Source: an uncultured delta proteobacterium (lineage in GTDB: Bacteria; Desulfobacterota; Desulfomonilia; Desulfomonilales; Desulfomonilaceae). From it: 64,000 nt of DNA. Under the pieces are notes generated by a model that saw only the letters and a program-made list of their open reading frames with translations, ran no database searches and was not told where the DNA came from. Location: the NCBI GenBank assembly GCA_963789265.1, contig CAWBKB010000005.1:64001-128000 (forward strand). The letters run 5' to 3'. Position 1 is the stretch's first letter; the number at the start of each line of letters is the position of its first letter. A program made the translations under genes and the position numbers. Of this stretch, positions 58,116 through 64,000 are shown piece after piece.

Positions 58116-59120
58116 ATGAAGTCGAGTAACTACGCCATAGAGATTATTCCCGATCTGACTATAGACGATAAGTACGCAGCAATTATAGAACAAGCTTTGA
58201 GCCGCATTGACTCATTTGCCACTAATGCGCTTCGGGACAATCGCATAGGTGAATTATTCGTGTTGAAGAAGAGCCGTATAGACGATTCCGGCGCTGCCAA
58301 CATTCTACAGGCAAAGGGGCGCCTAATGGTGGGGTTTCAGTTTGAGGTCCGCGCTGACTCCCCGGAAGACAACTTCCGTATCTATGCGAAAAAGTTGACG
58401 GATAACGGCAAAACTATCAAGTTCTACCTGACTCCTACGGTGCAACAGATTATGTTGCAATTGGTGTCACTGGAAGATCGTCGAACTGTGGCCATCTTTT
58501 CGATGCTTAACAGCTCAATGGAAGTAGGTTACCGCATTCTTTCGACGTTATACGGCAATCAGCTTCGCAGGTTGGTCGAACGGTCTCCCTCCTTCTTGAC
58601 GGAAACCCTGCTGCGAAAGCTGCAAAAACTCGCTGTGGCAAGGCCGGACGACGATTCGGATTTGTGGAAACATTCTGATGATCGTGTGGTTCCCGTATCC
58701 GGCGTACCAACCGGAAATCGACCGGGATCTCAGGACAACATACTTCAGGTATTGGCTGACGACAGTACTTTCGATGAAATAAATCAGTATGTTTCAAATA
58801 TTATATCGAAAAGCGACCATATTCGGGAAAAGTGGTTAATGCTCCAGGAAAATCCCGACATGCCCCGAGAGGAAATCTACGAGCAGATGGTGCGTGAAGA
58901 TCTCGATCAGCTTGAAAACTGCTATGCACGCGTACATGTTTATCTGAAAGCTTTTTACAAGAATAAGGATCGAAGGCTACCAGGGCAAAACAGAGTGTTG
59001 AGACAATTCTTTGCCGGTCAAATTGAAAGAATTATCGGCGAAACCGGGCTCTTGGAAGATTTGCTTTCATTAAACCGGAATGAGTATTTCAGGAACATAG
59101 CCCGCCACAAAGAATTGTAG
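58116..59120 (+). CDS. Hypothetical protein (334 aa)
   Basis: Long uninterrupted ORF, co-directional with and 26 nt after the PAC2 gene; no recognised motif. Confidence 0.75.
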   Translation: MKSSNYAIEIIPDLTIDDKYAAIIEQALSRIDSFATNALRDNRIGELFVLKKSRIDDSGAANILQAKGRLMVGFQFEVRADSPEDNFRIYAKKLTDNGKTIKFYLTPTVQQIMLQLVSLEDRRTVAIFSMLNSSMEVGYRILSTLYGNQLRRLVERSPSFLTETLLRKLQKLAVARPDDDSDLWKHSDDRVVPVSGVPTGNRPGSQDNILQVLADDSTFDEINQYVSNIISKSDHIREKWLMLQENPDMPREEIYEQMVREDLDQLENCYARVHVYLKAFYKNKDRRLPGQNRVLRQFFAGQIERIIGETGLLEDLLSLNRNEYFRNIARHKEL

Positions 59121-59375
59121 TGGCCTGCTCTACAATAGCATCGTTCATGGCTCGTCTATCGCGCATCGTAGCCCCCGGCTATCCCCACCGAATGGCACAG
59201 CGTCGCGTCTGCAAAATGGACGTGTTCCGTTGTGAGGTGGATCGCTGCGAGCATCCCGGGATGCTCGGCGAAGAAATCGTGTTGAATGAAAGCTGGTCGG
59301 CCCGGACCTGGGCACGGGTGACCTCGAAGGCTCGGAAGCGCCTGTCGTGAAAAAACGTCATTATGCCCCCCGAAT
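59120..59375 (+). mobile_element. Remnant of a REP-associated tyrosine transposase (Y1/RAYT-like), copy 1
   Basis: ATG 59147 reads MARLSRIVAPGYPHRMAQRRVCKMDVF, resembling the RAYT N-terminus MARLxRxxxPGxPHHxxQRG; the rest is deleted. Confidence 0.6.
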
Positions 59376-59424
59376 GTCTCTCGAATACCCGATGGAACAC
59401 ACCCTTTGTAAGGAGATCGATTTC

Positions 59425-60537
59425 ATGTCACTGTTTGAGCCATTTCAAATAAAGAATCTGAAAATCCCGAACCGGTTCGTTCGTTCAGCCACTTACGACG
59501 GCAGCGCTGGTAAGAATGGGCGGGTCTCCGAACGCCAGATGAACCTCTATAAGGAACTCGCTCTGGGCAAGGTTGGGTTAATTGTCACAGGTATTGCCTT
59601 CGTTCATGCGGCGGGTCGGATCTCGCCAACTCAGAATTCTATAGCCTATGACGATGATATTGCAGGGCTTTCTCGATTGACTCGAATGGTTCATGATCTG
59701 GGCGCCAAGATTGCCCTCCAGGTTTTTCACGCAGGCCGAGAGGCAGGCAAGATTTACCGAAAGCGGCCTGCCTTGGCACCATCCTTTGTGGCGGATGATC
59801 CTTTATTTACCGCGCCTCATCGTAGTATGGACGAGGATGAAATTAAGCAAGTCATCGAGGCATTCGGAGACGCAGCCGGACGGGCCCGAGCAGCGGGTTT
59901 TGATGCGGTTCAGATACACGGCGCTCATGCTTACCTGTTGAGCCAATTCCTTTCTCCTTTCACGAATCGCCGTGAGGACAAATGGGGAGGCACACTCGAG
60001 AATCGGCTCCGTCTACATCGCGAAATCATTCGAGCCATACGATCAAAAGTAGGCATGGATTACCCAGTTTTCATGAAGCTTGGGCTTGAAGACTGTTTCA
60101 ACGGCGGACTGGAATTCCAGGAAGGACTGGCGGCCGCAGAGATACTAGCCCGCGACGGTTTGGATGCTATAGAGATCAGCTCGGGGCTGCGAGGACGGGG
60201 CTACAAGCATACTGAATTCCGTACCGGGATCAACCGCTCTGACCGCGAAGGCTATTTCAGGGACTGGTGCCGTCAAGTAAAATCGAGAGTGAACATTCCG
60301 GTCATTATGGTTGGGGGCTTAAGGTCTTTTGACGTGGTCGAAGGAGTCGTGCGAGACGGGATCGCGGATCTGGTATCCTTGAGTCGGCCGCTTATCCGAG
60401 AGCCGAACCTTGTTGCTCGGTGGAAGGAAGGCGACCGGACGCGGGCGACGTGCATTTCGTGCAATCGCTGTATGGATGCGCTCCTGGAAGCCAAACCGTT
60501 CGGCTGCTATTATAAACCGGAAGCCAAAGCCGATTGA
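59425..60537 (+). CDS. NADH:flavin oxidoreductase (old yellow enzyme family)
   Basis: NRFVRSAT, HAGR, GFDAVQIHGAHAYLLSQFLSP, GGTLENR, SRPLIREP and CISCNRC motifs; RBS AAGGAG. Confidence 0.92.
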   Translation: MSLFEPFQIKNLKIPNRFVRSATYDGSAGKNGRVSERQMNLYKELALGKVGLIVTGIAFVHAAGRISPTQNSIAYDDDIAGLSRLTRMVHDLGAKIALQVFHAGREAGKIYRKRPALAPSFVADDPLFTAPHRSMDEDEIKQVIEAFGDAAGRARAAGFDAVQIHGAHAYLLSQFLSPFTNRREDKWGGTLENRLRLHREIIRAIRSKVGMDYPVFMKLGLEDCFNGGLEFQEGLAAAEILARDGLDAIEISSGLRGRGYKHTEFRTGINRSDREGYFRDWCRQVKSRVNIPVIMVGGLRSFDVVEGVVRDGIADLVSLSRPLIREPNLVARWKEGDRTRATCISCNRCMDALLEAKPFGCYYKPEAKAD

Positions 60538-60651
60538 TCGTGCCTGGTTGGGCGAAGCTGGGCAAATCATGGCCAAATAGTTCCCATAATGATCAATCAG
60601 GTACCCCCCAAAAAGAATTAGGTAGACCCAATACCGATTTCTTATTGCCAA

Positions 60652-60830
60652 GTGACCTGCTCTCCAATAACATCCTTATATGGCTCGTCTATCGCGCTTC
60701 TTAGTCCTTGGCTATCCCCACAATATGGTGCAGCGTCGCGTTCACTCGATGGACGCGCGATCTGAGTACGGGGCGACCTAGAAGGCAGTGGAAGCTACCC
60801 CTAAGAAACGGCATCTTATTCCTCGGACAC
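60652..60830 (+). mobile_element. Remnant of a RAYT-like transposase, copy 2
   Basis: 60680-60757 aligns without gaps to 59147-59224 (61/78 identical by hand count); shared upstream GTG(G/A)CCTGCTCT and downstream GACCT.GAAGGC blocks. Confidence 0.6.
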
Positions 60831-60873
60831 CCCATGTCGTCTCGGACCGCCTTTGACGGGATTGAAGTTGCAA

Positions 60874-61407
60874 ATGAAGATTTTTGCACGCATCGCAGTA
60901 ATAGTGGCTGTGCTCATTATCGTAACGTTTGCAATTCTAATGATATGGGCAAACTACAGGGCCCAACCTCTCCCCGCTAACGCACGAGCCGATAAAATCC
61001 TGGTTTACAAGTCGCAACATCGCCTGATCTTGCTTCAACAAGGCAAGCCATTAAAGATTTACCATATAGCGTTGGGACCCAACCAGGTCGGGCATAAAGA
61101 GCGTGAAGGAGACGGTAGAACCCCCGAAGGCTTATACCGGATTGATTTTCACAAGCGCAACAGCACTTTCCACAGGGCTTTGCACATCTCGTATCCAAAT
61201 GCGCGCGATATTCAGCGTGCCGGGGGCAGAGGTGTAGATCCAGGTGGCGCCATCATGATTCACGGCTTGGGAAAGCGCTTAGGTTGGTTCGATAATCTGC
61301 ATTATTTGGTCGACTGGACAGCCGGTTGCATTGCGGTGACCAATTCCGAGATTGAAGAACTCTGGCGAGCCGTACCAGACGGCACCCCAGTCGAGATAAG
61401 ACCATAG
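60874..61407 (+). CDS. L,D-transpeptidase (YkuD family)
   Basis: N-terminal TM, EGDGRTPEG, SYPN, IMIHG and WTAGCIA motifs. Confidence 0.9.
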   Translation: MKIFARIAVIVAVLIIVTFAILMIWANYRAQPLPANARADKILVYKSQHRLILLQQGKPLKIYHIALGPNQVGHKEREGDGRTPEGLYRIDFHKRNSTFHRALHISYPNARDIQRAGGRGVDPGGAIMIHGLGKRLGWFDNLHYLVDWTAGCIAVTNSEIEELWRAVPDGTPVEIRP

Positions 61408-61694
61408 GTACCTGGCCGACGAACCAATCAGACAGGCTACCGCACAAATTCACAAGACAAAACGGCATTGTGTCTCCCGAAAACACCCTCGCCCTACCAA
61501 CAGAATCAGAATTCTTTACCTCCAATTTAATATATGGCACATAATTCGGGGGCAGGCCACCGGCATGATGGAGCCTCATCCACCTTGAGACCCCGTTGAA
61601 GGCTGGAATCTCTATCGTTCATTTGACCGTTCTCTCAGATGAGCGACATTGTCAATCTCAGAAGTCAAAAAGCGAGAGCGTGGAAGGAGCCGTT

Positions 61695-62714
61695 TTGAAT
61701 AAGAACGTCCTAATTCTGGTATTTGTGCTGGTCGCGATCGCGGCTGTGGGTGCCGGACTGTTTCTTAAGAAGGGGCGCAATGTTACGCCGCAATTTGCTG
61801 CCACCAAAGCCGAGAACACCGTCGAAAAGCCCGAGAGACTGGGCCCCATCGCAGTCATCCCCAAGGGGACCACCCATTCGTACTGGAACTCGGTTCTCGC
61901 GGGTGCACAAAAGGCCTCCAAAGAGCACAATGTGGAGATCTTCTGGGCAGGTCCGGACCGCGAGGGTGATCGTGAAAAACAGATCCAAATCGTGGAGGAC
62001 TTCATCGTGAAGAAGGTGGCCGGCATCGTGCTGGCGCCCACTGACGCGGAGGCGCTCGTCCCCGTGGTCGAACGTGCGGCGGCAGCCAGGATACCGGTCG
62101 TCATCATCGACTCGGACATCGACACCGGCAAGCGAGTCTCCTTCGTGGCTACAGACAACTACGCCGGCGGCGTCCTCGCTGCGAAGCACATGGCGAAGCT
62201 CCTCGGCGGCAAGGGCAAGGTGGCCGTCATCAAGTATATGGCCGGCTCCGCGTCCACCACGGCTCGCGAAAACGGTTTCATCGAAACACTGAAGAAGGAG
62301 TTTCCTGAGATCAAGGTGGTTGAAGACCGCTACGGTATGGATACGGTAGAGACCGCGCTCTCCGCGGCCGAAGACGTGCTAACCCGCCACAAAGAGCTCG
62401 ATGGCATCTTCGCCTGCAACGAGTCCACTTCCCTCGGCGCCCTGCGAGCGCTGGAGAGCCAGGGACGGGCCGGCGCCGTGAAAATGATCGGCTTCGATTC
62501 GGCTGACGCCCTGCTAAAAGGTCTCAAGGACGGTCGCATCGACGCGCTTGTGGTCCAAAATCCTCAGGCTATGGGATACATAGGCGTATGTAGCGTCATC
62601 GCAGCGATCAAGGGCGAAAGCGTCAAGGCGAGAATCGACACCGGGGTGCAGCTCGTCACCAAGGATCGCTTGAACTCTCCCAAGATTCGCGCGCTCATCG
62701 GAAACCAGGGTTGA
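61695..62714 (+). CDS. Sugar ABC substrate-binding protein (RbsB-like)
   Basis: IAVIPKGTTHSYW, IPVVIIDS, VATDNYAGG, RENGF, IGFD and VQNP motifs; TTG start after AAGGAG. Confidence 0.9.
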   Translation: MNKNVLILVFVLVAIAAVGAGLFLKKGRNVTPQFAATKAENTVEKPERLGPIAVIPKGTTHSYWNSVLAGAQKASKEHNVEIFWAGPDREGDREKQIQIVEDFIVKKVAGIVLAPTDAEALVPVVERAAAARIPVVIIDSDIDTGKRVSFVATDNYAGGVLAAKHMAKLLGGKGKVAVIKYMAGSASTTARENGFIETLKKEFPEIKVVEDRYGMDTVETALSAAEDVLTRHKELDGIFACNESTSLGALRALESQGRAGAVKMIGFDSADALLKGLKDGRIDALVVQNPQAMGYIGVCSVIAAIKGESVKARIDTGVQLVTKDRLNSPKIRALIGNQG

Positions 62715-64000
62715 TGCCGCCGCACCCGCGAGTCGAGTCTTCGCATTTCGTCCTCGAAATGAGGAGGATCAGTAAAAGTTTCGGCCCCATCAAGGCTCTC
62801 GAAGATGTCACGCTACGCGTCCTGAAGGGGACAGTTCACGCCCTAGTGGGCGAAAACGGCGCGGGCAAATCCACTTTGATGAAGATCCTCTCTGGAGTTC
62901 ATCAGCCTGACACCGGTATCATTGTGCGAGCGGGCAAGACCTGCGTGTGGAAGAATCCTACCGACTCCCTCAAGGCAGGGGTCGCTATGATCTACCAAGA
63001 ACTCAGTCTCGCCCCGGATCTCACTATCGCGGAGAACGTGTGGCTCGGGATCGAGCCTCGCGGCCGCCTGTCCGGCACGTACAGCAAAAATCGAATGCTC
63101 GCAGACACCCGTGCTCTGGGCGAAAGACACGGCTTCGATGTGGATCCCAATCAAAAAGTGGAGAACCTTCCAGCGAGCACGTGCCAGATTGTCGAAGTGC
63201 TGAAGGCCCTTGCGCGTAACGCCGAGATTCTGGTGATGGACGAACCGACTTCCTCGTGTGGAGAGCACGAAGTGGCCGTGTTGCTCGAAATGGTCAAAAA
63301 ACTGAGCCGGGCAGGGACCACAATCATTTACATCTCCCATCGGCTCGAAGAGGTTATAGAGATCGCGGAGTACATCACTGTTCTCCGCGACGGACGGGCA
63401 GTGCATACCGGCCCCATGAGGAGCCTGGAAATCTCCGATATCGTTAGACAGATGGTCGGCCGCGACCTGGACGAGTACTTCCCCAAAAGGGAGGTGGAAA
63501 TTGGGTCCACGGCTCTGAGCGTGTCGGGGCTCTCGTCCCAAGGCGTCGAAAACATCAGTTTCGATCTGCACTGGGGAGAGATCGTCGGCATCGCCGGGCT
63601 GGTGGGCGCAGGTCGCACCGAGCTTGCCCGCGTCCTGTGCGGTCTCGCTCCTTCAATCCGTGGGATCGTGGAACTCGAGGGAAAAGGAGTGAAAATCGCA
63701 ACACCAGCCGATGCACTCTCCCTCGGAATCATGTACATCACGGAAGATCGAAAGCGCACGGGGCTATGCCTCGATCTCCCGGCCGCGTGGAACATGACTC
63801 TACCGTGCCTCGCGCAACTAGGCATGAAACATATCCTGCGCCTCAGCCGCGAAAACGAGATCGCCGAAGAAACGGCTAAAACGCTCTCGCTCAAGTGGCC
63901 CGGGCCGGGAGCGCCGGCAAGCGCTCTGTCGGGAGGCAATCAACAAAAGCTGCTGCTCGGTCGTGCGCTAATCGCTCGTTCGCGACTGTGGGTGCTGGAT
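62714..64000 (+). CDS. Sugar ABC ATP-binding protein (RbsA-like), 3'-truncated by window edge
   Basis: Own translation from ATG 62714: ISKSFG, GENGAGKSTLMKIL, MDEPTS, YISHRL, GLVGAGRTE and LSGGNQQK. Absent from the ORF track because it has no stop in the window. Confidence 0.92.
   Translation, partial: MPPHPRVESSHFVLEMRRISKSFGPIKALEDVTLRVLKGTVHALVGENGAGKSTLMKILSGVHQPDTGIIVRAGKTCVWKNPTDSLKAGVAMIYQELSLAPDLTIAENVWLGIEPRGRLSGTYSKNRMLADTRALGERHGFDVDPNQKVENLPASTCQIVEVLKALARNAEILVMDEPTSSCGEHEVAVLLEMVKKLSRAGTTIIYISHRLEEVIEIAEYITVLRDGRAVHTGPMRSLEISDIVRQMVGRDLDEYFPKREVEIGSTALSVSGLSSQGVENISFDLHWGEIVGIAGLVGAGRTELARVLCGLAPSIRGIVELEGKGVKIATPADALSLGIMYITEDRKRTGLCLDLPAAWNMTLPCLAQLGMKHILRLSRENEIAEETAKTLSLKWPGPGAPASALSGGNQQKLLLGRALIARSRLWVLD

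Noticed and set aside
61533..61550. TGGCAC-starting sigma-54 promoter upstream of the sugar ABC genes
   Set aside because: No GC at the -12 position (reads GG-N10-GG); the TGGCAC sites at 39239-39648 fail the same test.
62843..63939. Long minus-strand ORFs (242 and 203 aa), like many other antisense ORFs in the track
   Set aside because: Shadows of the GC-rich plus-strand RbsA-like gene; no motifs of their own.

Overview
Gene-dense window, probably from an anaerobic Desulfobacterota/deltaproteobacterium (Desulfomonile-like; inferred from gene content, not from a search). Housekeeping blocks: lptC-lptA-lptB-rpoN-hpf-ptsN, murA-hisB-hisH, HU, a two-subunit class I fumarate hydratase, PBP1A, mnmA and larE. 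Accessory blocks: a BrnT/BrnA toxin-antitoxin pair, an ECF sigma/MarR/molybdopterin oxidoreductase module, a TetR-liv ABC importer, a YbhG/F/S/R-type ABC-2 exporter, a SWIM-SNF2 helicase, an OYE-family flavoenzyme flanked by two tyrosine-transposase remnants, and a GC-rich sugar ABC importer. The main finding is at 14725-25388 (minus strand). Five ORF-track pieces join, through four single-base indels, into one predicted 3553-aa type I FAS/PKS with the order ER'-ER-KS-AT-KS-ACP-ACP-KR-DH-PPTase. Both of its ACP domains carry threonine (LGIDTVKQ; codons ACA and ACT) at the normally invariant phosphopantetheine-acceptor serine, and a PPTase is fused in cis. It is translationally coupled to an unusual TetR regulator that has palindromic operators upstream. 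Similar single-base errors in unrelated genes suggest that the frameshifts are sequencing artefacts. No rRNA, tRNA or CRISPR array was seen.
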